From the NCBI GenBank assembly GCA_044869275.1, contig JBIOXB010000086.1, positions 32,001 through 96,000 on the forward strand: a stretch of DNA of 64,000 bases, given 5' to 3'. Made by a program: the position numbers and the translations under genes. The DNA is from a bacterium. GTDB taxonomy: Bacteria > Zhuqueibacterota > Zhuqueibacteria > Zhuqueibacterales > Zhuqueibacteraceae. Positions 29,536 to 39,327 of the stretch are shown here, piece by piece (the stretch's first letter is position 1; each line of letters begins with the position of its first letter). The notes beneath the pieces were generated by a model, which was given only the letters and a program-made list of their open reading frames with translations, did no database searches and was not told where the DNA came from.

Positions 29536-32500
29536 TCACCGCCACGGCTGCTCGCATTGATCTTGCCGATCGCAAGACAGAAATCTACCGGAGCGAAGTT
29601 CAAAATCTTGCACGCCGGTGGTGCTGGCGCTTTCGCCGCCGCCGCTGGAACCTTCTCTCGCAGCCAGCACTTTTTGAATCAATGCGGCGCGTTCTTTATC
29701 CACCTCGGCACGCATTTTCAAATCCTCTTCGTAATCGAAGTACTGGCGGCCCTCGATCCACGTTTGTTCGCACCTGCTGTAGGTCGAAAGAGGGGAGCCG
29801 TTCCAGAGCACGAAGTCGGCATGCTTGCCCGGCTCCAGCGAACCGACGTAGCGATCAACTTTGAGCTGCTTGGCCGGGTTCAAGGTAACGAACTTGAGCG
29901 CTTCTTCTTCGGAAACGTTGCCGTACTTCACGGCTTTGGTGGCCTCCCAATTCAATCTGCGCGCCAGCTCGCCGCTGTCGGAATTGAAGGAAACCACCAC
30001 ACCCTGTTCGTGCATGAGCGCACCGTTGTGCGGAATGGCGTCATAGACCTCGAATTTGTATGCCCACCAATCGCTGAAGGAGGAGGCGCCGGCGCCGTGC
30101 GTGCTAATGGCCTCCGCGACTTTGTAGCCCTCGAGCACGTGCTGAAACGTGCCCATTTTGAAGCCGAATTCTTCCGCGAGGCGAATCATCATGAGAATTT
30201 CATCCTGGCGGTAGGAATGGCAATGAATGAATCTCTTTCCCTGCAGAACTTCCACCAGGGCCTCCAATTCCAGATCGCGGCGCGGCGGGATGGTCATGCC
30301 GTCTTTTTTCTTGGTATTGAAGGCCTGCCATTCAAGCTCATAATCTCGCGCGGCTTTGAAGCGGTCGCGAATGAGCTGCTCGACGCCCATGCGTGTTTGT
30401 GGATAACGGCCGGTCGGCGGGTTCCAATTGCTTTGCTTCACGTTCTCGCCCAGCGCGAACTTGATCGTCGGCGGCGCCTCCGTGAATTTAATGCCCTCAT
30501 TGTCCGCCCCCCAGCGCAACTTGATAGCTTGATTCTGGCCGCCGATGGGATTGGCCGAGCCATGCATGACGTGCGCCAGCGTCAGCCCGCCAGCGAGCTG
30601 GCGATAAATGCCGATGTCCTGGCTATTCACCACGTCGCTAATGCGAACCTCGGCCGTTACCGCCTGCGCGCTTTCATTGATGGCATCCGCAGCGGAATGT
30701 GAATGCGCATCGATCAATCCCGGGGTCAGGTGTTTGCCTTTCGCCTCAAGTATGACGGCATTCGCCGGCGCCGTGAGCTGGGTTCCGATCTGCGCGATCG
30801 TGCCGCCGCGTACCAGCATATCGGCATTTTCGAGCTTGCCCTGCTGGCCGCAGGTCCAAATCGTTGCGCCGCGCACGAGCAAGGCTTCGTGCTGAGCCGG
30901 CGGTGCGGAACGGCCAAAGCCGCCGTAGGGAAAGACTTTTTTTAATTCTGCTTTTGTTGTTGCTTCTTGCTTTTTGCCGTTTTCTTTTTCCGTGAACGGC
31001 TGGAGGCGTTTTGCTTGCCACTCGAAACTCACACCGTCAGGAAATACGCCGCTGCCTTTCATTTCGTCTTTGGCAAAGTCCCCGGCCATGCTCATCACGC
31101 CTTTGTAGCCCAAGGTATCGCCTTGGAGCAGCATGGTCACGCGTTTCTCGTCGAGCTGAAATTTGTCGAGCTTGGCTTTGATCTCATTTTTCAAAAGTTC
31201 GCCGCTCGGTTTTTCAGGAGTGCCTTTCAGAGCGAGCGTATAGTTTTCGCTTTGGCCGCCGCCTTTTTTTATTTGAAAGTCCCATGTGCCGCGCAAGTCG
31301 GCAGCGACCGGCTTCTTGATTTCGTAGCGATGGCCGTCCACCCATACCTCGAATATCGCAGTCTTCTCCGCAAACAGATCTCCCTCTGTAACCACAAGAT
31401 TCGCAATTTTCCCGGGCGCAATGGAACCGAGGCGATTTTCCACGCCGAAGAGCCTGGCGGGAACAACCGTCAGTGCGCCCAGGGCGGCATCGGCGGATAG
31501 GCCGTGGGCCATGGCCTTGCGCACACGGGCGGGGAAATCCGAGGTTTTTTTCAGTTTCGCCGTCGTCAATGCAAATGCCACGCCGGCTTGGTGCAGCCAA
31601 AACGGATTGGCAGGCGCCATGGACCAGTGCTGCAAATCATCGAGACTGGCATCCAGGGCCTCCTCGGGCGTATCCACTTGCGGGGGCGCGGGAAAATCGA
31701 GCGGCAGAATTACCGGCACTTGCGCGCGCTTGATCGCGTCGATTTGCCGATATTCATCACCGCTGCCGCGCACGATAAGAGGCAAAGAGAATTCGCGGGC
31801 AATAGCCACCGCCCGCAGGAAGTTGTTCGTCTCCGCGGCCTCGAAGATCACGGGCATGCGCGTGCTCGACATTTCGCTCAAGGCCGCCAGCGCGGGATTT
31901 TCTTCTGGACGGGCTTGGTTGGGATTTTTGCGATAAGCGGCTTGCGCTTCCTGATACCATTGCGCATCCAGCAAGCTTTGCCGCGTCAACGCGATGGCGC
32001 CCAACAGAGAGGTGGGATACTTCCGTTCGGCAAAAGAGGAGGTTTCAAAGGCGAGATGCTGCGCCACGCGCGGCTGCAAGAGGCCTTGATTCGGCGCCTC
32101 TTCGTGCAAGCTGATCAGCGCGCTGGTGCCGCGCCAAATGCCTTTCGGTGGAACGATCAAGGCCGCGCCAAAGCCCAGCTCGCGCAGCTCCTGCGCCGCT
32201 TTGGCGTCGAAAAGAAACCTGTCTTTGGCGTTCTCGTGCGCCCGCAGCTGCTCATTCCAAGGCTGCACCCCGGTGCGTTTTTCCGTTTTCGCCGTCTCAC
32301 CGGAAGAGGAGCCGGACTCAGTGGAAAAACCCAGATGCGAGTATGATTCAATCAAACCGGGATAAATGGTGCGGCCGGTGCAGTCCCAAACGCGCGCGTC
32401 TGCCGGCGGCGTGACGTTTGCACCCACCGCGGCGATCACCCCGTCGCGCAGCACCACGGTTCCGCGGGCGATAACGTTGCCCGGTGCCGTGAAGATTCTG

Positions 32501-32712
32501 GCGTTGATCAAGGCATGCACTTGGGGCGTGTTGTCGCGCAGGCCTTCAACGGGCTTCGTCTGCGCAAAGCCGGACAATCTGAAAGTGGTGGAGAGAAAAA
32601 TGATCAGCTTGAGGATAAGAGAATAAAAAGGCAAGGAGAGAGAGGCGTTCTGAGGCACGCCATGGTGCAGGCGGGAATGCCATGCAAAATCGCGTATCAT
32701 CGCGTTGGGCAT
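29536..32712 (-). CDS. Large double-domain amidohydrolase-family protein
   Basis: Two amidohydrolase domains (YPGLIESYSH and TPGLIDAHSH), HCHSYR and GSLEPGKHAD; GGAGG RBS before ATG 32712. Confidence 0.88.
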   Translation of the reverse strand: MPNAMIRDFAWHSRLHHGVPQNASLSLPFYSLILKLIIFLSTTFRLSGFAQTKPVEGLRDNTPQVHALINARIFTAPGNVIARGTVVLRDGVIAAVGANVTPPADARVWDCTGRTIYPGLIESYSHLGFSTESGSSSGETAKTEKRTGVQPWNEQLRAHENAKDRFLFDAKAAQELRELGFGAALIVPPKGIWRGTSALISLHEEAPNQGLLQPRVAQHLAFETSSFAERKYPTSLLGAIALTRQSLLDAQWYQEAQAAYRKNPNQARPEENPALAALSEMSSTRMPVIFEAAETNNFLRAVAIAREFSLPLIVRGSGDEYRQIDAIKRAQVPVILPLDFPAPPQVDTPEEALDASLDDLQHWSMAPANPFWLHQAGVAFALTTAKLKKTSDFPARVRKAMAHGLSADAALGALTVVPARLFGVENRLGSIAPGKIANLVVTEGDLFAEKTAIFEVWVDGHRYEIKKPVAADLRGTWDFQIKKGGGQSENYTLALKGTPEKPSGELLKNEIKAKLDKFQLDEKRVTMLLQGDTLGYKGVMSMAGDFAKDEMKGSGVFPDGVSFEWQAKRLQPFTEKENGKKQEATTKAELKKVFPYGGFGRSAPPAQHEALLVRGATIWTCGQQGKLENADMLVRGGTIAQIGTQLTAPANAVILEAKGKHLTPGLIDAHSHSAADAINESAQAVTAEVRISDVVNSQDIGIYRQLAGGLTLAHVMHGSANPIGGQNQAIKLRWGADNEGIKFTEAPPTIKFALGENVKQSNWNPPTGRYPQTRMGVEQLIRDRFKAARDYELEWQAFNTKKKDGMTIPPRRDLELEALVEVLQGKRFIHCHSYRQDEILMMIRLAEEFGFKMGTFQHVLEGYKVAEAISTHGAGASSFSDWWAYKFEVYDAIPHNGALMHEQGVVVSFNSDSGELARRLNWEATKAVKYGNVSEEEALKFVTLNPAKQLKVDRYVGSLEPGKHADFVLWNGSPLSTYSRCEQTWIEGRQYFDYEEDLKMRAEVDKERAALIQKVLAAREGSSGGGESASTTGVQDFELRSGRFLSCDRQDQCEQPWR

Positions 32713-32916
32713 AAATTCTCCTCCGCAGCGCAAGTGAGCAGCAGCCTCGATTTTCACCAAAACTAAAATGATGGTAGCACGGCCTGGCATTAAATTCAAG
32801 CGAAATTCTACCGCCGTAGAAAATCATTGCATGTTAGCGGCAGGAGAATTTACTTTAGCGTTGAGAACACCAAATCAAGCCCGATCCAGGGTTCAACTTT
32901 CAGCATAGGAGTCGAG

Positions 32917-33939
32917 ATGAAGTGGGTTGCCGTTTTTGCTTTTACGCTCAGCTGCTGGTGCACGGAGCTTCATGAAGCCGCGGCGCAAACGCGGCCCCTG
33001 CAAAAGATGCAGCAAAAAAGAAAGGAAAATCGCTCCGATCGCCTGGTGGAGGAGGGATTGGCGTTGCAGCAACAGGGCCAGCCCACGGCGGCCGGAAAAA
33101 AATTCGAAGAAGCGCTGGAGCTGAATCCGAAAAATGCGCGCGCGCACGCCAATCTGGCGTTGCTCTGCTGGCAAGATAATCGCCTCGCGCCCGCACGGAA
33201 TCATGCGGAAACGGCTCTGAAAATCCAGCCGGAGAACCCGCGTGCCCATCTCGTCATGGCGAACCTGCTGATGAAGAGCGGCAAAGATCTCGCGGCTTCC
33301 GATCATTTGCGCAAGACCGCGCGCCTCGGCAACAGCGCGGATCAAGCGGAGGCCACGCGCCTGTTGACCGGCTTGCGCGCCAAACACGCGGATTTTTTCA
33401 ACAAGCCTGCTGCGCGGCCGGCGGACGGCAAATCCGCAACCTCCTCCTCCAGCACCAATGCCACCCCACCGGCAACGGGCGAAAAACCGGTACTCGCGGT
33501 TTTTGCTTTTTCCGATGCACAATTGGATTCTACCGAACAGCAATTGGGCGATGCGCTCTCCGAGATGCTCGCCACGAGCCTGATCAATCGCAACACTTAT
33601 CATGTCATCGAGCGCAGCCAGTTGGATCGTCTCATGCAGGAGCAAGCGCTGGGGCAGACCGGCGCACTCGAAGCTGAAACCGTTGTGGTCGTGGGAGAAC
33701 TTTTGGGCGCACAGGCCGTTGTCGTCGGCAGTTTGAGCCGGCCCGCAACTGCATTTGAAGCGGATGCGCGCATTTTGAATGTGAGCACCGGCGAGGCTCT
33801 TGCGGCCAGTCACGCCAAGGCCGGCTCCTCGGCGCAATTGCGCGACATGGCTGAAACGCTGGCGCTCGAGTTGTCCGCCAAGGCTGGCATGATTCAACCC
33901 GTCGCAAAGAAAGATTCGAGCGCCGTGGCCAAGCCGTAA
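32917..33939 (+). CDS. Secreted TPR + CsgG/HfaB-like domain protein
   Basis: TPR repeats (ALELNPKNARAH) and C-terminal ERSQLDRLMQEQALG...GELLGAQAVVVGS. Confidence 0.75.
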   Translation: MKWVAVFAFTLSCWCTELHEAAAQTRPLQKMQQKRKENRSDRLVEEGLALQQQGQPTAAGKKFEEALELNPKNARAHANLALLCWQDNRLAPARNHAETALKIQPENPRAHLVMANLLMKSGKDLAASDHLRKTARLGNSADQAEATRLLTGLRAKHADFFNKPAARPADGKSATSSSSTNATPPATGEKPVLAVFAFSDAQLDSTEQQLGDALSEMLATSLINRNTYHVIERSQLDRLMQEQALGQTGALEAETVVVVGELLGAQAVVVGSLSRPATAFEADARILNVSTGEALAASHAKAGSSAQLRDMAETLALELSAKAGMIQPVAKKDSSAVAKP

Positions 33940-34066
33940 ATCTCGTGCATCCCTCCGGCCACACCGTGTCTAATTTTCACCTTGACCCTCTGGATGAAGG
34001 CACCCTCCGGCAGCGGAATGGCTCTTGAAAATCAAGGTACGGTTGGGGTGGTTTTGCGCCGAGCTT

Positions 34067-34083
34067 TTGGCATGCAACTTGAA
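34067..34083 (+). promoter_or_regulatory. Possible sigma-54 (-24/-12) promoter
   Basis: TTGGCATGCAACTTGAA versus consensus YTGGCACG-N4-TTGCW; correct spacing but a mismatch at the -12 C; about 60 nt before ATG 34141. Confidence 0.4.
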
Positions 34084-34140
34084 GTCATGCTGGATGGTTC
34101 TCATTCACATCACTCAGAACTTTTCAGGAGGATACGCAGC

Positions 34141-34980
34141 ATGAAAGCTTCATGGTTGAATCGTGTGCTGGTCGCGGCTCTCATTCTGGCGCATGTGCTG
34201 TTGATTTCGTGCGATAAGAATCCCGCCACCCCCGAGCAAAAGGCGCCGGAGCTTCCGCCGGCGAGCTCGATGAACCTCGATTTGAGCGCGTTCAAAACCG
34301 CGGCCCATTTGGGAAAAGCCAGCGGCGGCGAGAGTGCCATCGGGCTGAATTTCGTCACGGCTTTTGGGGTGGTGACTCTGATCAATGCTTCGGTCACGCT
34401 GATCTTGAGTGTGCCGGCTTACGTTTTCGCCGCCGCCATGCAGCAACAGCCGGTGCTGGATGCGAGCGACGGCAAGTTCCATTGGATCTATTCCGTCACT
34501 GATAGCAGCGGCAATACACTCACAGCGGATTTGGCGGGGTGGGTCGATCAAGCGGGGCTCGAGTCCCGCTGGGAAATGCGCATCACCGCCACAGGCAACA
34601 ATCCGCCGCTGAACAATTTTCTCTGGTTCGAAGGCCGCGCCAAGCTCGACAATTCTTCTGGCTATTGGGATTTTTATGACGGCGAGCAGCCGGCCACACC
34701 CACGAAGGCGCTGCACCTCGAATGGCAGATTCCGAGCGCGACGAAGGCGACGTTGCAGTTCACCGTAGTCGATCCAGATTCGCCTGACAACGGCGATCAA
34801 TTGACTTACCGTGCCGACGGGGATTTGCGCTGGGTCACGCACTACGATCAGTCCGAAATCAAGATCGTCGAAATCTCCTGGAATGAAGTGAGCCACACCG
34901 GATACATTATCGCTCCCGGTTACAACAACGGCCAGAAATCTTGTTGGGATGCGTTATTGAACGACGTGGTTTGTCCGTAA
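34141..34980 (+). CDS. Hypothetical lipoprotein
   Basis: Lipobox LLIS-C after a hydrophobic stretch; GGAGG RBS; followed by a terminator. Confidence 0.8.
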   Translation: MKASWLNRVLVAALILAHVLLISCDKNPATPEQKAPELPPASSMNLDLSAFKTAAHLGKASGGESAIGLNFVTAFGVVTLINASVTLILSVPAYVFAAAMQQQPVLDASDGKFHWIYSVTDSSGNTLTADLAGWVDQAGLESRWEMRITATGNNPPLNNFLWFEGRAKLDNSSGYWDFYDGEQPATPTKALHLEWQIPSATKATLQFTVVDPDSPDNGDQLTYRADGDLRWVTHYDQSEIKIVEISWNEVSHTGYIIAPGYNNGQKSCWDALLNDVVCP

Positions 34981-35003
34981 ACCTGGCGTGTTGAATTGCT
35001 GTC

Positions 35004-35033
35004 AAGCCACGAGCAGACCTCGTGGCTTTTTTT
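35004..35033 (+). terminator. Rho-independent terminator
   Basis: AAGCCACGAG-CAGAC-CTCGTGGCTT perfect 10-bp stem followed by a T run. Confidence 0.9.
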
Positions 35034-35144
35034 ATTTGCCGGTGATCGCCGGGCAAAATGAATTTCTCTTGCTTCTTGCCGGCGATTGAATTATTCTCGT
35101 GCCGTGAGTTGGGCAGGTGGCTCGATTGAAAATGACTGAACCGC

Positions 35145-36185
35145 ATGAGCTCTCGTGAAATCGCCGCCGTGATTCTGGCCGCGGGCAAAAGCACGCGCAT
35201 GAAATCGGACATTTCCAAGCTGGTGCACCCTCTCCTGGGCAAACCGATCATCCGGCATGTGGTGGAGGCGTGCCGCGATGCGGGCATCGGCAGAATCATC
35301 ATCGTTGTCGGGCATGAGGCAGAACAAATCCGCCGCGTGCTGGGCGAAGAAGTTGAATACGTCGAACAAAAAGAACTGCTCGGTACCGGCCACGCGCTCA
35401 TGACCGCCGCGCCGCTCTTGCGGAATTTCACTGGAGACCTGCTGGTCACGGTCGGCGATGCGCCTTTGCTTTCTCCGGAATTCTGGCAAGAGTTGCTGGC
35501 CAGGCATCGCCACACGAACGCCGCCGCCACGTTCGCTGCAACGGTGTTTGAGCGCACGTTCCCTTACGGCCGGGTCTTGCGTGATGCCGAAGGCCACGTG
35601 CGCGCGGTGGTCGAAGCCTCCGATTGCACGCCCGAGCAACTCCAGCTTCGCGAGCTCTGCACCTCACAATACTGTTTCCGTGCCGAAATCGTTCTGCCGC
35701 TGCTGCGAGCAATGCAGCCCCATGCGCCGAAAGGCGAGTATTACTTGACCGACATCATCGGCATTCTCACGCAACACGGACATTCTGTGGAAGCTATGCC
35801 TCCGGCGGAGGCACGCATGGTTTTGGGCGTCAATGATCGCCGGGACTTGATGGAAGCAACGGCCGACATGAAAGACCGCGTGCTCCAGCGCCATCTTGCC
35901 CAGGGGGTCACGATTGTCGATGCGGCCACCACCTACATCGAATCCGAGGTTACGATCGGGCGCGAGACGATCATCCATCCGTTTTCGTATCTCTCCGGCC
36001 ATACCACCATCGGGTCCCGCTGCCAACTCGGCCCGTTTATAGAGCTGCGCAATGCCAGAATCGCGGACGGCGTTCACCTCGCCTGGGTGAGCGTGCGCGA
36101 CGATGAGATCATTCCCTCTTTCACGCCACAGCCTTTTCAAATGATCGCGCCATTGTCATTGAAAGATGAACATGCGATCGCATAG
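35145..36185 (+). CDS. GlmU-like sugar-1-phosphate nucleotidyltransferase lacking most of the acetyltransferase LbH domain
   Basis: LAAGKSTRMKS, LGTGHA, GDAPL, YGRV, GEYYLTD and GVNDR motifs; only 346 aa. Confidence 0.85.
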   Translation: MSSREIAAVILAAGKSTRMKSDISKLVHPLLGKPIIRHVVEACRDAGIGRIIIVVGHEAEQIRRVLGEEVEYVEQKELLGTGHALMTAAPLLRNFTGDLLVTVGDAPLLSPEFWQELLARHRHTNAAATFAATVFERTFPYGRVLRDAEGHVRAVVEASDCTPEQLQLRELCTSQYCFRAEIVLPLLRAMQPHAPKGEYYLTDIIGILTQHGHSVEAMPPAEARMVLGVNDRRDLMEATADMKDRVLQRHLAQGVTIVDAATTYIESEVTIGRETIIHPFSYLSGHTTIGSRCQLGPFIELRNARIADGVHLAWVSVRDDEIIPSFTPQPFQMIAPLSLKDEHAIA

Positions 36186-37281
36186 CATCGCCGTTTCATC
36201 GCCCGGACGCATTTGCCTGTTCGGTGAGCATCAGGACTATTTGGGATTGCCGGTGATCGCGGCGGCGATCGGCCTGCGCTTTCACATCTCGGCCGTGGCG
36301 CGCCGCGATTTGCGCTTTTGCATTCGTCTTCACGACCTCGCTCAGGACGTCGAATTTATTGGGAACCAGCGCTTGCCATACATGCAGGCGCGCGATTATT
36401 TTCGCAGCGGCTTCAATGTAATCTGGGATCGCGGTTTTCGCCCGCCACACGGTTGGGATCTCTCGGTGGGCAGTGCCATTCCGATGAATGCCGGCGCCTC
36501 GAGCTCTTCGGCACTCACGGCAGCATGGATCAAATTTCTTTTGATAGCAGCCGGCGATTCGTCACAAGATGATCCTGGCGCGATTGCGCGTCTGGCCTAT
36601 CAGGCCGAGGTCTCGGAATTCAACGAACCTGGCGGGATGATGGATCATTTTGCCACCGTTTTCGGCCACGTCATTTATCTGGACTTTGATCGTAACGAAG
36701 TGCAAGCGCTGCAGCCGGAATTGGGCACTTTCGTGCTGGGCGATTCGAAGCAACCCAAAGATACGATGGGAATCCTGGCTGCGTTGCGCACCACCGCACA
36801 GGAAGCGATGACGATGATGCGCGGCCTTCATCCGGATTTTGACTTGCGCACGACCCCGCAGAAAGAAATTCAGCCATACTATGCGCAGCTGCCCGCGCGG
36901 CATGCCGAAGTTCTGCGCGCGAACATGATCGACCGCGATTTGTTGCAAAAGGCGCGACAGGTGCTGGCGCAGTCTCCCATGAATCATGAACACCTTGGCG
37001 CATTGCTGACGGAGCACCACGAGCAACTCAGCCGCCGCAAGCGCGTGTCCACACCGAAAATCGATCGCATGCTTGAGGCTGCTTTGCAGGCTGGCGCGCT
37101 GGGAGGGAAGATCAACGGTTCGGGAGGAGGAGGCTGCATGTTTGCTTACGCGCCAGGCAACGCGGAAGCCGTCGCCGAAGCCCTCGCAGCTGTGGGAGGC
37201 ATGCCCTATGTTTTAGAAATTGATGAGGGAACCCGGCGGGAGAATGAACTCGAGTTGAAGAGGAAGGGAAACGGTGTTTAG
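36166..37281 (+). CDS. GHMP-family sugar kinase (galactokinase-like)
   Basis: PGRICLFGEHQDY, PMNAGASSSSA, GMMDH and GGKINGSGGGGC motifs. Confidence 0.9.
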   Translation: MNMRSHSIAVSSPGRICLFGEHQDYLGLPVIAAAIGLRFHISAVARRDLRFCIRLHDLAQDVEFIGNQRLPYMQARDYFRSGFNVIWDRGFRPPHGWDLSVGSAIPMNAGASSSSALTAAWIKFLLIAAGDSSQDDPGAIARLAYQAEVSEFNEPGGMMDHFATVFGHVIYLDFDRNEVQALQPELGTFVLGDSKQPKDTMGILAALRTTAQEAMTMMRGLHPDFDLRTTPQKEIQPYYAQLPARHAEVLRANMIDRDLLQKARQVLAQSPMNHEHLGALLTEHHEQLSRRKRVSTPKIDRMLEAALQAGALGGKINGSGGGGCMFAYAPGNAEAVAEALAAVGGMPYVLEIDEGTRRENELELKRKGNGV

Positions 37282-37283
37282 GA

Positions 37284-37811
37284 CTAGGCGAATGCCGGGT
37301 TTACACCCTTCCAATAATTGGCCCGCGCAGACGCGATTTTAAACCAGATGGTGTATTCGCGCGGAGCCGCTTGCACTTCTTGCCACAGACGCGCCAGGTC
37401 AATCCAGCGATAATCCGCAACTTCCTCGGGATCTGGAGCAATCACTCCCTGATATCGGCCGATAAACACGTGGTCAAATTCATGTTCGATTAAGCCCTCT
37501 TCGAGGTGAGCGCGATAGATGAAGTGGAATGCCTTTTGCAGACGGCAAGCAAAGCCCATTTCCTCCTGCAAGCGGCGGGCGGTGGCTTGTTCCACGGCCT
37601 CACCCGGGCGCGGATGGCTGCAGCAGGTGTTCGTCCATAAACTGCGCGAGTGATATTTTTGCAGTGACCTTTTTTGCAGCAACATCTCGCCTTTGTCATT
37701 GAAAACGAATATCGAAAAGGCGCGATGCAACTTGCCTTCACGATGCGCTTTCATTTTTTCCTCTGCGCCAATCGCGCGATCTAGGCGATCCACCAGCGTG
37801 ATCATCTCCAT
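37284..37811 (-). CDS. idi: Isopentenyl-diphosphate delta-isomerase type 1
   Basis: LHRAFSIF, LLQKR, WTNTCCSHP and EHEFDH motifs. Confidence 0.96.
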   Translation of the reverse strand: MEMITLVDRLDRAIGAEEKMKAHREGKLHRAFSIFVFNDKGEMLLQKRSLQKYHSRSLWTNTCCSHPRPGEAVEQATARRLQEEMGFACRLQKAFHFIYRAHLEEGLIEHEFDHVFIGRYQGVIAPDPEEVADYRWIDLARLWQEVQAAPREYTIWFKIASARANYWKGVNPAFA

Positions 37812-37845
37812 GGGCTCAGCTCCGCGACTTTAGCGTTCTGGCACT

Positions 37846-39315
37846 CTAAACCTCACAGCTTTCCACCCAAGCCTGGTAGGCCGGAAAATTGATTTTGCGT
37901 TTGGTATTGCCCGAGGTCATGTAACGCACCAACCCGAGCACCGGGCGTTGCGGGCCCCAGGCGCGATCGTGCTTGCCGAAGCACCACAGAATACCGGTGT
38001 AGGTGTTGGGATTGCGGCCGTCGAGCGCGTAACGGTGATGCAAGCGAATCATCGTGTGCAGCGCTTGCTCCGGCGCAGCGCTCCATTCGATGATTTTTTT
38101 GCCCCAGAGCATGCGCATGTAGCCGTGAATCTTGCCCGTGGCCAGCAGCTCACGCTGCGCTAAGTTCCAAACCTCATCGTGCGTGTCCGCGTTTTCGAGC
38201 TCTTCCGAAGTATAAACATACGGGTGCGCATCGTTTTCGTGCGAGTGTAAAGTCTGGCGCGCCCACGCCGGCAGGGCCGCCAGCGTGGCATGTTTGGGAT
38301 TGAAATGGCAAAAGTTGTAGGACAATTCCCGCCGTACGATATGTTCCTCCAAGAAGGCGTCGATGCACTCCGCTGGCGCTTCGGCGTGCAATACCGCCAG
38401 CGCCACTTCCATGGCGCCGAGGTGGCCAAAATGCAAATAGGGTGAAAGCTCGCTGGTCCAATGTTCGCCTGCCAGGTTCCGGCCCTGCGCATAGTTCGGC
38501 AAGCGCCGCTCGATAAATGTGCCCAGCCGCTTCAACGCCGCGTTTCTTCCGCCCTGGAAATGGCGCGAGGGTGTAACGGAATGATCGATACTGGCTCTGG
38601 CAAGCATGGTTGAAATATGCGCCTGCTGTAGCAGCGTTTCTTCACGCAGAGGCAGAGGCAGATGCAGGGATTTGATTTTGGGCGCGAGCTCTTTGATCGG
38701 CCACAAATACGCCGGCAGCAAGTGGTGAATTTTCGGCCGGATCGTGCGCGCGGCATATTCTTCATGCGTCAATTCACGCAGCGGTACGATGCCGTTGGCA
38801 TCGACGGCGTAAACCGGGCAATCGACCTGGGTGACGATCGCGCGATTGTGCTGCGGCACCACAAAGGTCGGGAAGTCATCGGTGACCAACAGCGCAGCTT
38901 CTCCGGCCAATTGCGCCACTGCCCGGCGATTGCCGGTGTGTGCCTCCGGCATCATGTAGAAGCAGTACCGCAGACCTCGTTTTTGAAATTCTTGAAAATT
39001 GTCGAGCGCGCCTTCGAGAATGAATTGATGAATGCGATTATTCGCCTGGTCATAATCCGGGCGCAAGCCCTCGTAAACCACCACCGGCAATCCCAAGGCA
39101 TTCGCCTGCGCGATGGCAAAATTCAAAGCCTGATTTTGGCGGGCGCGGCGGTGTATCTGCATCCAATATAAAACATACCGGCCCGCTTTGCGGATCTGGC
39201 CCTCACGCAAGAGCACGATTCTTTTTTGCGATGCGTCAAAATCCTGTTCGCGGCCCGGAGGCGGGATCGGCTCAGAACGCTGGCGCAAAAATTTGAGATC
39301 GAGCTTGATCGTCAT
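37846..39315 (-). CDS. phr: Class II CPD deoxyribodipyrimidine photolyase
   Basis: VLYWMQ, SELSPYLHFG, IHGYMRMLWGKKIIEW and LDGRNPN class II signatures. Confidence 0.93.
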   Translation of the reverse strand: MTIKLDLKFLRQRSEPIPPPGREQDFDASQKRIVLLREGQIRKAGRYVLYWMQIHRRARQNQALNFAIAQANALGLPVVVYEGLRPDYDQANNRIHQFILEGALDNFQEFQKRGLRYCFYMMPEAHTGNRRAVAQLAGEAALLVTDDFPTFVVPQHNRAIVTQVDCPVYAVDANGIVPLRELTHEEYAARTIRPKIHHLLPAYLWPIKELAPKIKSLHLPLPLREETLLQQAHISTMLARASIDHSVTPSRHFQGGRNAALKRLGTFIERRLPNYAQGRNLAGEHWTSELSPYLHFGHLGAMEVALAVLHAEAPAECIDAFLEEHIVRRELSYNFCHFNPKHATLAALPAWARQTLHSHENDAHPYVYTSEELENADTHDEVWNLAQRELLATGKIHGYMRMLWGKKIIEWSAAPEQALHTMIRLHHRYALDGRNPNTYTGILWCFGKHDRAWGPQRPVLGLVRYMTSGNTKRKINFPAYQAWVESCEV

Positions 39316-39327
39316 ACGGCTCGGGGA

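Noticed and set aside
29432..29538. UGA (Sec) readthrough fusing the two amidohydrolases
   Set aside because: The 104-nt gap puts the downstream gene out of frame, and no SECIS was evident.
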